DNA of 64,000 nucleotides, from the NCBI RefSeq assembly GCF_009914755.1, contig NC_060926.1. One strand, given 5' to 3'. Below are positions 42,236 to 56,050 of this stretch, piece after piece. How positions within the stretch are numbered: the stretch's first letter is position 1; every line of letters starts with the position of its first letter. A program made the translations under genes and the position numbers. Under the pieces are notes generated by a model. It was not told the DNA's origin and did no database searches. It saw only the letters and a program-made list of their open reading frames with translations. Source of the stretch: the human T2T-CHM13v2.0 reference genome, Homo sapiens.

Positions 42236-44877
42236 CCATGATACTGTTCTCCCCTACACGGGGGGCCAGGTCTCAATTCCAGGGTGAACAAGGTGCTTAA
42301 CCGGGACCAGACTGGGGAGCAGGATGGGGCTGTGTTGTGGGAGGTAGGGAACCTGAGGTCGCAGATGACGTGTGAGGGTGGGCGGGAGGTTGCCAGGTGG
42401 GTAATCAGGAGGATGAGTTCAGACCTACAGCAGGAGCACTCCTTGGAGGATGAGGGGAAGGCCCTAACACCAAGAGGGTGTGGAGCTGCGGTCTCACCAC
42501 TACACCCTGACACGTGGGCTCTCCATCTTCCCTGCCTGCTTGGAGTCTCCTGCAGCAGTCCTCGACCTTCCAGCCCTGCAGCTTCTGCAGCAGCCTTGCA
42601 CTTCCCTAAGTGGTATTGGAGCTGCGCTCATTGCAATAAGGAATTATTCTCATGGCTCCATATCCGCGTCAGGTTACCTCCTTCCCGTGCCTCCCTGGCT
42701 CCCTGGGTTCTTGGTTCTTGGTGCTCACCTCTGCACAGACAGGTGTCACTGAAGCCCCTCACCCAGTGACCCAGTGATGCTGAGTCCCGCTTTGGGAGGT
42801 GTGGCACAGGGGCAGCCACAGTGGACCCTTGGTGGAGAGGATCAGAGCCAGGATCCCTGCCACCCTGAGTGGCGGATGCTGCAGAGACAACTCTTTATAC
42901 CTGAGAAGCTTGCCCTCAGGTATCTGTACTTTGTGGGGCTTCTCTGATTGGCCATTGTGTGTTCATCTAAGAGTTAGTGCAGGACCGGAAGCTCCCACCC
43001 AGATGGTGAAGGCACCTGCTGGGTTTCCTGCCACCTGTGGAGAAGCCCGCTCCTTCCCTTGCTCAGGTGAGGGCGACCACACCCAGGTCCACCTGGTTCC
43101 ACCAACCAGTCCGTAGCTGATGGAATGAAGGGAGCAGCTGGGCTGTAGCCAGGTAGTTAGGGATCTGGTCAGCTCGGTGGTAGCAATGATAATAGATGGA
43201 GTGTTCTAGGTTTTCCCCTTTGGAAATCTGAACTCTATTCAGGGAATATTTGTTAGTAGCAACATCAGTAGACTTATGAGGTGGGGACTGGGGGCTTGTG
43301 TTTCCATGAGGGGTTGCAGAAACACGGCCACCTGATGCCCAGTGAGTTTGTAGAACCGGATGGACCTTGGGGTGTTCTCCGTGTACCTTCTAAGGAGTCT
43401 TTAACTCAACAGAGTTGTTCTTTTTTTTTTTTTTTTTTCAAGTTGTTTACTCTTATTTTCTAGTTACCCTCTAGAATTATTGCATTGGGGCCAGGTGGTG
43501 TCTAGTACAGTTTTTTACTTTGGAGAATTTATTGAAATTTTCTTTGGCTGAGAATGCCTTCAGTGTTTGTGGTTATTCCTTGGATACTTGCAAATCGATT
43601 GTATTTTCTCTGGGACACGGGGTTTCAGATAGATCAGTTAAATGAAGCTTGATTATATCGTATTTCACGTCGCATGCCATGTGTCTTGTCTGTTGGACTG
43701 TCAGGTCTCAAGAGACGGGCTTGGGTTTCCCTGTGTGGCTGCTGCCTTGCCCCTTCCCCGATCCACACTCACGGCTTTTACCATATGTTTTAGTCGTTCT
43801 TTCGGCATAATTGGATGTTTCCGTTGCTTTGCAATTTTACCAGTAGAGAAATCCTGTGTGTGTGTATTTCATACTTTTCCTGATACCCTTTTATTGCCTC
43901 CCTTTCTAGGTCATTTCATTGTGGTTTTATTTTATGCAAACAGTGTGCAAGTGATTCTTTCTGCCAGTTTTCATATTTGGTGTTGTAACTCACACAGTTG
44001 ATCACTGCCCTCTTCTTTGAAGATGCTGTCTTCTAGAGCTCTTTCTTCCTTTATGATTTGGAAGCGAGACCAGCCACCCTGGTTCCAGGCGACTTTGCTG
44101 TTAGCTTTAGAAAGGAGAGCATTCAAGCTAGTCTCAGCCCAGGGCTACTTCCCCCAGGGCGCCTCTTCCCCGTAGCCACAGGGGAGCTTTCATTTGAGAG
44201 GTTCTAATTTTGTGTTGTTGAAGTTGCCAGTCTTGTTAGGCAGACTGACAGCTTAGGCTATCTCACTTATTGGCTTTTTGCAGAATTTTGTGGGTGGTTT
44301 TGGTTTTGTACGTTCGGTGCTCTGATCTGCGGGTGGCTTTGGGGAACGGTAGAGTCTGGGTCTATGCTCCTTCCTCATGGTCAAGTCCCCTCCCCTGAAG
44401 TTTGGAAGTTGCATGTCATCACGTGCAGCCCTGGGACGTCCCAGTGTGTGCTGGCTCTGAGTAGGTGGCTCTGTGACCCTGGCCTCTGACTGGGAGGCCA
44501 CCCTTGTTCCTCCTGCCCATTCATTCGTTGATTCTCTCAGCAGACACGCACAGGCTGCCTTCAGCGCCAGTTGTCGCCTTCCAGCTATTCCAAGGACTGA
44601 AAACACAGATCTGATCGTGCCTCTTCCTGGCCTGCAGACTTCCAAGGGCTTCGTGGTTGTACAGAATAAGCCTCCGCTTTTCCACACAGCACACGGAGCC
44701 TGGCAGGCTGGACTTGGAGGGTTTTATCCCGAGCCTGCTCCTGCCCTGCCTCCTCTGGTGGGCCCCTAGGATGCCTGTGGGTCCTCTCAGGGAAGCATGT
44801 GTGTACCCCAGCCTTTCCCTTACTGCCTCTGCCCAGTGGGACCTTCCTTCTCAGCTTTCAGGCTGAGACGCGTGCTT

Positions 44878-45203
44878 GCGCGCACACACACACCCCCTCT
44901 TTCTCTGTCTCTCTCACACACTCTCGCTGTCTCTCACACACACACTTACACACACTCTGTCACACACACACATTTGCATACACACACACTCCCTGTCTCT
45001 CTCACACACACACTCTCACACACACTCCCACATACACACACTCGCTGTCTCACACACACACACTGTCACACACTCACAAATACACTTACTCACACACTCA
45101 CACTCATACACACACTCACACTGTCACTCACACACTCACAAATACACTCACTCACACACACTCTCACACTCTTACACACACACTCTCACACTCACTCACA
45201 CTC
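44878..45203. repeat. Degenerate (CA)n/(CACACT)n simple repeat, ~320 bp
   Basis: Read directly; source of the His/Thr-rich pseudo-ORFs. Confidence 0.97.
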
Positions 45204-46064
45204 CCCCTTTGTTTCTAGAGCGCTTCTGCTTTAGTTGTAGCCGTATTGGTCAGAACTCAAAACATTTGGGAACGCTGATGCCGAAGGACTGGCCGGATGG
45301 AATCTTAAATGTAGAGAAGCCTTAACCCCTCTGTAAACCTTGGCGGGACTTCTCCTTTGTGCATCAGAATCAACTGTGAAGGTTAAAGATACTGCTCAGG
45401 TCCTTCCCCTAGAGATTCCATTGGCCTGGAACTGGGACCTCTGGCTTTTTAATTTTAAAAGCATCCTAGGTGACTCGATAGGCCCAACTGGGATTGAAAA
45501 TGAGCAGTTTAGACAGTTACCTCCTTTGGAATACGTGTCTTGAGTGGTATCATTTCTGAGATCATGGTTTTACAAAACTTCGGGTGTGCATAACTCTTTT
45601 TATTGTAGGAATAATAAAAGCCTTTGTAGTCATTCCAAACATTACAGACACATAGAAAGTGAACAGTGAGTCACCCTCCTTTCCTGGAGCGCCTTCCCTC
45701 GGGGCGCCCGCCTTGCATTCTGCCCCTAATTCCAGCTAATTGGGGTGCACTCTTCAGCTGACTTCTGTTGCGTAGGTTTCCATGTCTGTATTCCCAGATG
45801 GGATTTATGTGTCGTTTTCTTTTTTGTTTATTAGCGCTGGGGATCAGGATCACTTTTTGCCTCGTAAAAGCAATTGGAGAGAGGGTTGACTTTTTTTTTT
45901 TAACTGCGTTGGAATTGTTCTGTAGGTTATCACGCCCAGATTGAAAGAAGGTAGATGTGGGGATGGCTGCAGCGTGAGTTACCGGACACAAATTTCTTCA
46001 GAGACTACATGAAGACAACAAAATAGGCTACTCATTATGGCCTTCCCCCACTGCCTTTAAAAAA

Positions 46065-46800
46065 ATTCTAAAATTGTGGTAAAAGACATAATATAAATGT
46101 TATCATCTTAACCATCTGGAGCATACAGTTCAGTTGCCTTAGTGTTGTACAGCAGAATCTTCACACCTTTTTCATCTTGCAGAATGAAAATTCTGTACCC
46201 GTTTCCTCCTCCCCCAGCTCTTGGCACCCACCATTCCACTTTCTGTTGCTATGAATTTGATTACTACAGGTACCTCACGTAGGTGGAATCATACAATATT
46301 TGTCTTTTTGTGATTGGCATATTTCACTTAGCATAGTGTCTTCAAGGTTCATCCATGCTGTGGCCTATCATGTTACAGTTGAAGGCTGCATAATATTCCA
46401 TTATATGTATATGTTATATTTTATTTATCCATTCATCTGTCCATGGACATTTGAGTTGTACCTCGTGGCTATTGCGAATAATGCTGCTGTGAACCTGGGT
46501 GTGCAGATATCTCTTTGAGACCCTGCTCTCAGCTCTTTTGGGTATATTCCCAGAGGTGGAATTGCTGGATTATATGGTAATTCTATTTTTAATTTTTTGA
46601 GGCACTTCCATATTGTTTTCCTTAGCAGTCACTCCATTTGGCATTTCCGTCGACAGTGTACAAGGGTTCCGGTTCCTTCACATCCTCACCAGCGTTTGTT
46701 ATTTTCTGGTTTTTTGACAGTAGCTGTCTCAGCAGGTGTGTGGTGGTCTCCCACAGTGTTTTTGATTTGCATCTCTCTGATGACTCATGATGTTGGCCAG
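46065..46800 (-). mobile_element. L1MB/L1MA 3' end
   Basis: aattgtggtaaaagacata...gtggaatcatacaatatttgtctttttgtgattggcatatttcacttagcatagtgtcttcaaggttcatccatg. Confidence 0.9.
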
Positions 46801-46844
46801 CTTCCCTTCTTTAAACTGCATTTATTAACTTAAATTTTCTGTAA

Positions 46845-47159
<315 letters not shown>

Positions 47160-47449
47160 TTTTTTTTGTTTGTTTTTTGTTTTTTTTTTGTTTTGAGACA
47201 GTGTCTCAATCTGTCGCCCAGGCTGGAGGGCAGTGGCGCCATCTTGGCTCACTGCAACCTCTGCCTCCTGGGTTCAAGTGATTCTCATGCCTCAGCCTCC
47301 TGAGTAGCTGGGATTATAGGCACGCACCACCATGCCCGGCTAATTTTTGTATTTTTTTAGTAGAGACAGGGCTTTACCATGTGGCCAGGCTGGTCTCGGA
47401 CTCCTGACCTCAGGTAATCCACCTGCCTAGGCTTCCCAAAGTGCTGGGA
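47160..47449 (-). mobile_element. AluSx, 5' end truncated at the junction with a sense AluJ
   Basis: Alu consensus stops at aaagtgctggga. Confidence 0.93.
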
Positions 47450-47450
47450 A

Positions 47451-47784
47451 GCATGGTGGCTCATACCTGTAATCCCTTCAGTTTTTTTGTATTTTTTCTT
47501 TTTTTGGTAGAGATGGAGGAGGGAGGAGGGAAGCTGAGGCAGGAGGATCGCTTGAGCCCATCAGTCTGAGACCAGCATGGGCAACATAGTGAAACCCTGT
47601 CTCTACAAAAAAATACAAAAAATTAGCTGGGCATGGTGGCATGTACCTGTAGTCCCAGCTACTGGGAAGACTGAGGCAGGAGGATGGCTGAGCCCAGGAG
47701 GTCAAGCCTGCAGTGAGCTGTGATCATGCTGCTGCACTCCAGCCTGGGTACAGAGCAAGACCTTGTTAAAAAAAAATAAATAAA
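47451..47784 (+). mobile_element. AluJ, sense, containing an inverted Alu-linker fragment (~47480-47516)
   Basis: gcatggtggctcatacctgtaatccc [tttttttgtatttttt...ggtagagatgg] ggaagctgaggcaggaggatcgcttgagccc. Confidence 0.9.
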
Positions 47785-48698
47785 GCTCAAGTGAATTGTT
47801 TTAGATAGTGTGTGTTTTCTTTCATTGCACGTTTGCTTGGGGAGCTTATTTCTGAACAGACTGCAGAGAGAAGTTCCTTCCGTAAAAAGTGGGAACAAGC
47901 CTTTTTCCCGGCTTCACTCTTCCAAAGCCACCTTTACCTTTGCAGATTGTTGAGAGTGAATGTAGTTGAAGTAGGTTGTGTTGAAAAACACGTGCAGAAC
48001 ACAGACATCACCGCAGACCTGAGGGCTGAGACTCAAGCCTCCTGGTGACTCTAAAGTATGGCCAGCCATTGTCCTTTTGTCTGTTGGTGAGTTACATGTG
48101 TATCATAGAAGATGTAGAAAATAGAGCCTCGGAAAGAAATTAAAAATCACCCGACTTCCCTTAACTCCATTACTGTGAGCTAAATCACAGAGACATTCTT
48201 TTTAGATGGGGTCATTTGTGTTCATATCTGCACCCTGCTTCTTTCACTGGGTGGTTTCACTGGCAGTGCTGACGTCGCCCACACACCATCCACCTGTGAG
48301 CCATCCCTGGTGGGAGGTGGAAGGCCATCTTCCGGGGAAATTATTTTCAGTGCTGTTTCGTGACCCCTCGCTGATGGAACACAGTGGTTCACCTACCCCT
48401 GTGCCCTCCCAGTTTTAACATTTCCCTTCCAATCTTCCTTGCTAAGATTGGCATCTTTGCAGCATTTCTAAGCAGTATGTACAGCCTCACTTTGCAGAAG
48501 TCATTCCAGTGCTCTGTCCTGAAATCAAGTCATCGAGGATTTGTTGACCACCTCTTATGCAGGAGGCACCAGTCCCAAAGCAATTTGACTTTCTGAGGCA
48601 GTCGTATGCAATACGTACCCCCCTGAACAGACAGTACCTGCCCTTTCTCACTTAATTCAGCTGTAGGCTCCCAGAAGCCCTTCTGTGTAAAGCCTGGA

Positions 48699-48978
48699 TT
48701 TTTTTTTTTTTTAGGCACCGTCTTGCTCTGTTGCCCAGGCTGGAGTGGAGGGCACAAGGATGAGTGACTTCTGGGCTCAAGGGATCCTCCTGCCTCAGCC
48801 TCCTGAGTAGCTGGGCCCACAGGCGTGTGCTACCACACCCAGCTAAGTTTTACAACTGTTTTTGTAGAGAGTTTCCCTATGTTGCCCAGGCTAGTCTCAA
48901 ACTCCTGGGGTCAAGGGATCCTCCTGCCTCAGCTTCCCAAAGTGCTGGGACTATAGATGTGAGCCACTGCACCTGGCC
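48699..48978 (-). mobile_element. AluJ
   Basis: J diagnostics; TSD aagcctggatttt. Confidence 0.93.
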
Positions 48979-49114
48979 AAGCCTGGATTTTTGGGGGGCT
49001 GTGAGGCTGCACTGCCAACATGAGCCAGTCTCCAAGTGCTCCGGGTCTAGTAAGTCAACAGGGGAGGCTTTCAGAACTCAGCAGCTCCTCACTGGCTCTG
49101 GGAAAACTCATTTA

Positions 49115-49424
<310 letters not shown>

Positions 49425-50631
49425 GAGAAAGAGAGATTTGTGAAGGTCATGAGTTCCAGCCCATTTCACTGCTCCATAAAATGCTACGTTGGTGAAATGG
49501 GCAGGATGAGTTGCTCTGTGGACACGCAGCCCTGGAGCTAACAGGAGTATCCTGCATCCCACCACAGGATGTGCTGAGTCCACTTGGAAGCCCAGAAAAA
49601 GCTTCTGTGTTTAGCCCTTCAGTTTCTTGCCTTAGTGTTAGGCTGGCGCGGGCCTTCTGGTGCTCAGGGCCCCCGTTCCCTGGTCTCATTTTACACTAAC
49701 AAGGGCTTCATGCAGCCCGCGGCCCAGGGCGTTCACAAGCTCTCTTAGTTCCGAAAAATCGAGGGGTTCCTTGCCAGCTTCTCTGGCTCCTGTCTGCCTC
49801 CTCTTTGTTCCCTGGCTGGTGTTGGGGTGCTTTCTGGACAAGGGTGAGGGGAGGGGAAGGAATCTGAGCCAGTCAGTGTGCCCACACTGGGGGTGCTGCA
49901 GGTCGCGTTTCACCCTGGCACGCCCTGCCTGCCCCGTTACGTGGCGATTTGTGATGGGGATCATAATAAAACTTAGCCTGATTAGAGGCATGTGGGAAGC
50001 ATGCCCAGCACACGTCTCAGTCCCGTCCCTCGGAGCAGGCCAAGCTCGGGCGGCAGGCAGCTGCCTTGCAATTCTCGGAGTTTCAGGAACTGGACAGGGG
50101 AAGGTTGGCTTGCGATGTATTTCTCTGGGTTCGTTTGGTGCCGGGATTGAGTATTTCTGGTGAGACAGTTGTTGGAGAGCTCCTGGGGAGACAGGCATTT
50201 TGTGGTTGGTTGCATTGTTATCCCACAGGGAATTGGTCTTGCCTCCAGGAAATGGCAGTAACATCGGGGACAGCAGCAGTTGCAGGACAACAGACGTGTC
50301 ACTGAGGGTGCAGGGTGCTATGGCTGGAGCTGCTGCTGTTCTCCCTATCACTCGTGGGGAAGCCAGGCCTGGTGAGGTGCAGGCACTTGCTGAGGTCACA
50401 GCGGCCAGACTGGAGCCCAGAACTCTGTCTGCACCTAAGCACAGTGTCCCTTACCTCCAGCATCTGAGTCCCATCGTCTAATGTGGCTTTAACCTCAGGA
50501 TCGGGCCTAATTCTAGAATCCTACCTGCAAGACAAGCACTGTAAGTGGCTTCATTTCATATATGGGGAAACTGAGGCACCGAGCAGTTCGCTCAAGCTTT
50601 GAGGGTCAAAAATTGAATGAAAGTTGTTTGA

Positions 50632-50937
50632 GGCTGGGCGCCGTGGTTCATGTCTGTAATCCCAACACTTCAGGAGACTGAAACAGGAGGATTCCTTGAG
50701 TCCAGGAGTTCAAATCCAGCCTGAGCAACATGGTGAAACCCCATCTCTGCAAAAAACATGAAAATTAGCTGGGCATGGTGGTGCATGCCTGTAGACTCAG
50801 CTACCCGGGAGGCTGAGGTGTGAAGATCACCTGAGCCCAGGAGATTGAGGCTGCAGTGAGCTGCAGTCATGCCATTGTACTCCAGCCTGGGCAACAGAGC
50901 AAGACCCTCTCTCAAAAAAAATAAAAAATAAATAAAA
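50632..50937 (+). mobile_element. AluJ, sense
   Basis: Alu consensus; TSD aaagt(t/a)gtttga. Confidence 0.95.
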
Positions 50938-51669
50938 GTAGTTTGACCAGGAACATTCAACCTTAGCTTCTCTCTAACCTCTAGTGGCTTCCCCACTTCT
51001 CTGCCTAAAAGAAGCTATTTCTTTTCTCCAGCCTCAGTTTCCTGTCTCGTCAGCCCCATAGAAACTGAGCTCTCCAAATTGAACGAGGACCCCAGAACAC
51101 GGGAGTCTGTGCCGAGTTTGGCACCAGGGATGATGTGTGTGGTTGTATCTTCTAGGGACAGGGGCCCTGGCTTTCATCTAGTGACCCCTGTGGAGGACTC
51201 CTGCGGATTCCCCATCTACCCATGAAGAGCGGCTCCTGCGGGGTGGCCCGGGTTACCCCAGCAGCAGCCCACCTGGCCAGGTTTGAAGGGCTTGGGCAGG
51301 ACAGGTGGTATCTGGGCCCTTCTCCTAAAAATTGCCTTTTTATAAATGCAGGCCAGGCTGTCACCTTTATTTATTTATTCATTCAGTCACTTAGATTTTA
51401 AACTTGTGTTGACCTTATAGTCAACTGATAGTTCTGAGTAGTTAAGTTAGATCCTTAGGGGGTGACAGGGCCGGTGTGTACCAGGTTAAGGTCTCTCTTG
51501 CATTTTGTGGGTGGCTGCCTGCAGTTAAGCAGGGCTACCGTCTCTCGGCCCGGGGCTTCTTGTTTCATGATAAATACAGAAGCCGATGTTTACCCGCCTC
51601 TGGTAGCGGACATAGGGGCATCTCTGAGCAGAGCAAGCAGGGGCCTGCGGAAGGGGTTAAGAGGGGCTG

Positions 51670-52180
51670 GGCAGGTGACCAAGGTCACCATGGCAGGGAT
51701 AAGTCACGCTGATGGCATTGTGTGGCAAGAAGGACACCTGCCTCTGGTCTTCCTCTCAGTAACACACAACCCAGTCTAACTGGGAGAAAAACATAAGACA
51801 AACCCCAGCCGAGGGGCGTCTTACAGAATACCTAACCAGGCCTCCTCTACTGTCAAGGTCACCCAAAACACACAATGTCTGGGGAGATGCCCTAGCCAAG
51901 AGGAGCTTAAAGAGACACGACACCTAATGTCATGTGGTGATCTGGATGGGATCCTGGAACAGAAAAAAAGGACCTCAGGGACAAACATAGGAGACCCGGA
52001 TGAAGGACAGGCTTTATTGTTTGATGATAGTGCACCGACATCCATTGTGACAAAGGTGCCGTCCTCCTGTAAGACACTCACAGGGAAGCCGGGTGGCGGG
52101 AGGCCTGTGGGAATTCTCTGTATTATCTCCACGACTTTTCTATGAATTTAAATCTATCCTAAAAGAAAAAGCTTATTTAA
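51670..52180 (+). mobile_element. L1MC-type 3'UTR
   Basis: actgtcaaggtcacc...ctggatgggatcctggaacagaaaaaaaggac...gggaattctctgtattatct. Confidence 0.8.
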
Positions 52181-52919
52181 GAAAATAGGTAAGAGTGGTT
52201 AGGAAGGCTGGTTGGAGGCTGGGGTTCCAGGCCTGACCCTCTGCACCCGTGTCTGCTTCAGGCAGGTGACACTGGGCACCTCCTGCCGGGGAGAAGCTCA
52301 GGGTCCCCATTTCCTGGCCGGGAACTTCCCTTTCCTACAGACCCTCGCTTGGTGCGCCATGGCAGCTGGGCCCAGGCCTCCCAGTTGGGCCGAGGCCCAT
52401 CTCTTTTCCCAACAGCACATCCTTTGTTCTCTCCAGCCCAGACGTGTAGAGGTGAGCCACCCTCCTGGCCAGTGAGGAGCTTCTAAACACGGAGGCAGAT
52501 CAGCTTTTTGCCGAGTGAACTTGAGAACCGGAGCAGAGCTGCAGGGACAATGGTGCATTATTAAACTGCTCTGAAACTCAGAGCCCAGAGCACCCAGCTC
52601 TGGGGCGACTGGCAGGTGTTGGACCTGTGGCCGTGGTGCCAGCCCCCACTAATCCCATTAGCGACTTAGGGGTGAGTGGATGGAAAACAGGATGAGAGTG
52701 TCTCTCCCCCAAAGAGGGCTGGTTCAAGTATGAATATTCACAGCCACACCGAGGCACCTGCTCCGTAGATGATTTTTTTTTGCTTATGCAGTTAGTGCAC
52801 AGAGTGAGCCCTGCGCTGGGAAAGACACGCACACGCATATGCACACACATGGGCACACACACACATGCGTGCACACACACGCAGACCCTGAGACCCTGCA
52901 CTTGAGTTTCTAGTCTTAA

Positions 52920-53301
<382 letters not shown>

Positions 53302-54516
53302 AGTCTGTTTCTATTTTGGCATTTCCTCACTGCACCTGGAGAAGAGCTTCATTCATTAATTCATCCATTCATTCATTCATTCAACAAGTACCTGACAGCC
53401 TGTACAGCAGTGGTGCCAGGTGAGGAGGGTGGGTAAAAATGCAGGGTCCTCCTCACTGCAGTCACTGCGGGACCAGGTACTCTTTTCCTGCGCCCCACAC
53501 TGCCCCAAGGCCCCACTGGTCATCCGTCCAGCACTCTGTGCTCGCTGACTGGTGCGGTGAACTCTCCGGCTGGGCTCCTTTCCTGCTGCAGGTGCCGCGT
53601 CTCTTTCTTAAGCCTGTGTAGAAAGTTCTTTTGTCCGGGTGACATTGGCATGATTCAATCAGTGCCAGAGCCAAACAGGATGTGGTTCTGGGCGACTCCC
53701 AACTTCCAGCAAATCCGTGGTTGTTTTCAGTTACCTTAAGAGGGACAACTGAAACAGAGACAAGCACCCCAACAGTAGGGTGCTTCGAGGTCCTGGAGGG
53801 GAGCCCTGGCCCTGTGGAGAGAGACCGAGTCGTGCAGCGTCCGTGGCCTGCATTTGAAACTGAAGGGCAAGAGGCTGGTGAGATCCGAGAGTCATGCCGC
53901 TGCGTGGAGGAACATGCTGAACCTCTGGAGGAACGGCTCTACCTCCAGGTCAGGCTGGAGGCTTTTGCATTTGGTTTGGCGAGGAGAGACAGCAGGATTT
54001 CTGGGTGCCGGACATGCTTCTCGGTCAGAGCTGGTGCGTTTCTTTGCAGGGCAAGGTGGAGGCGGGGATGCCAGGGAGGCATCTGCTGCATTTCTTGAGG
54101 TTTCACAGGGTGCAGAGCCCCTGTCCTCACTGTTCTGTGGGGTGCTAAGGGAGCAAGCCATGTGGTCCCTGAACTTTGAGTAGATACAGGTAATATTTGA
54201 AAATATTTGGGAATGTTTACACAATCACAAAAACAATGAACACTTGTGTAGCCACTACTCAGGCCAAGAAATGGAACTTAACTTTGAAATTCCCTTTGCC
54301 CGTCCCAATCCCAGCTTCCAGCTCCCGATCCTCTCCCCTTCCTGCAAAAATGTGTTTATCAGATAAACCTGAAGCATTTGAGGGAGTCCCTGTCCTGAAT
54401 TTCGCAGTTGTCATTCTCTGCTGTTTTTTAGTTTTATCACATGGGGTTGTGTTTCTAAGCAACATCGTTTGTTTTTGTTTTTAACTTTTATGTACATGGA
54501 ATCATGCAGTATCTTT

Positions 54517-55067
54517 TGTGGCTGGCAGACTCTGAGATGGCCTTCAGTGATCCACACCTCCTGGTGTTCACATCCTGTGAAGTCCCCTCCCTTTGGCGTG
54601 AGCCGAGCTAGCAACTTGCTTCTAACCAGTAGGATGCATCCAAGTTGATGCTGTGCCTTCCTCCCGTGATTACATTATGTGGGCTTAGAACTTCTTCCTT
54701 GACAACAGATGGTCTCCCCTGCTGGCTGTGGTGGAGCAGGCTGCCATATAGAGAGGCCATGTGGCAAGGAACTGAGGGTGGCCTCCCCCGGCAGCCAGCA
54801 TGCAGTTGAAGCCTCAGTCCCATGGCCACGAGTAACTGGATGCTACAACAAGCAGATGACCCTGGAGGACCCCTCCCCAGTCTAGCCTTGAGATGACACC
54901 CCAGCCTGGGCCAAGACTTTGATGGCAGCTCTGTGAGAGGCCCTGAAGAAGAGAGTCTCTTCTTTACCAGTTAAGCCACATCTGGATTCCTAACCTACAG
55001 AAACTGTGTGATAATAGAAGTCTGTTGTTTGGGGCGATTTGTTACACAGCATTAGGTAGCTAATACA
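54517..55067 (+). mobile_element. MLT1F/E-like solo LTR
   Basis: tgtggctggcagactctgagatggcc...cacctcctggtgttcac...ccatgtggcaaggaactgagggtggcctcc...ttgttacacagcattaggtagctaataca. Confidence 0.88.
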
Positions 55068-55180
55068 TAGTCTTGCAAGAGTTCGTTTTTTGGCTGAGCA
55101 TTATGTTCTTGAGGTTCATCTGTGTTGATACCTGTAGTTGTAGTTCATCTGTTTTCATTACTATGTGCCTTTCCCCTGTA

Positions 55181-55506
55181 AGTAGTCCCCCCCTTATCTG
55201 CAGGGGATACAGGGCCCCCAGAAGGTGCCTGAAACTTCAGATAGTACCAAACCCTGTATGTACTATTTATTTTTTCCTATGTATACATGCCTATGAGAAA
55301 GTTTAGTTTGTAAATTAGGCACACTGAGAGATGAACAATAATGAATAATAAAATAGAACAATTATAGCACTATATTGTAATAAAAGTTGTGTGAATGTGT
55401 TTTCTCCCTGCCAGAATATCTTATTGTACTGTAGCACCTGTTTTGGGACCACAGTTGGCCAGGGGTAACTGAAACCATGGAAACTTGGGGTGAGGGGGGA
55501 CTGCTG
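55181..55506 (-). mobile_element. MER44A-like Tigger7 MITE
   Basis: TIRs agtagtcccccccttatc / gtgagggggactgctg, flanked by TA; internal ataaaatagaacaattata...taaaagttgtgtgaatgtg. Confidence 0.88.
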
Positions 55507-55910
55507 TATGTTAATGCCTTAGCTTAATTATTCTTTCTGCTCCTAAAGGACAATAGGTTGTTTACAGCCTTTGCTATCAAAAACCACACTTGCTGTGAAG
55601 GTCTTTGTACATGACTTCCAGCTCAGCGTGCAAATGTTTATCTAGGGAGTGCGGCTGGGCCTTGGCTGCCAGTCCAGCTCCACTTCCCACAGCAGCCTTC
55701 AGGTTCGCCCAGGCTCCTCCGCATGCTCCCCTCCCTCAATATTGTCCGCCTTTTTTTCACTTGGGGGGATGGTCTGATGGGTGTGAGATGGTATCTGAGT
55801 GTTTTTATGTTCTGCCAGAAGCTAATGTTCACTGACCATTCTGATTTCCTCCCATGCGGAAATCCTTTTTGTGGTTTTTGCCCGTTTTTCTTACTGAATT
55901 GTAGGAGTGC

Positions 55911-56050
55911 TTTTCGTTTTTGTTTTTTTGAGACAGGGTCTCACTGTGTCGCCCAGGCTGGAGTGCAGTGGCGCACAAGCTCTGCCCACTGCAACCTCCG
56001 CCTCCTGGGTAGCTGGGATTACAGCCTTGTGCCACCATGCCTGGCTAATT
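55911..56050 (-). mobile_element. 5'-truncated Alu (right arm only) with an internal deletion
   Basis: 17-bp TSD aattgtaggagtgcttt at 55897 and 56047. Confidence 0.92.

Noticed and set aside
44797-45325. His/Thr/Leu-rich ORFs in three frames
   Set aside because: Translation of a CA-rich simple repeat
49660-50399. Overlapping 167-aa and 237-aa ORFs (similarly 57711-58412, 233 aa)
   Set aside because: Moderately GC-rich intron; no domain recognised and no paired splice sites; expected by chance
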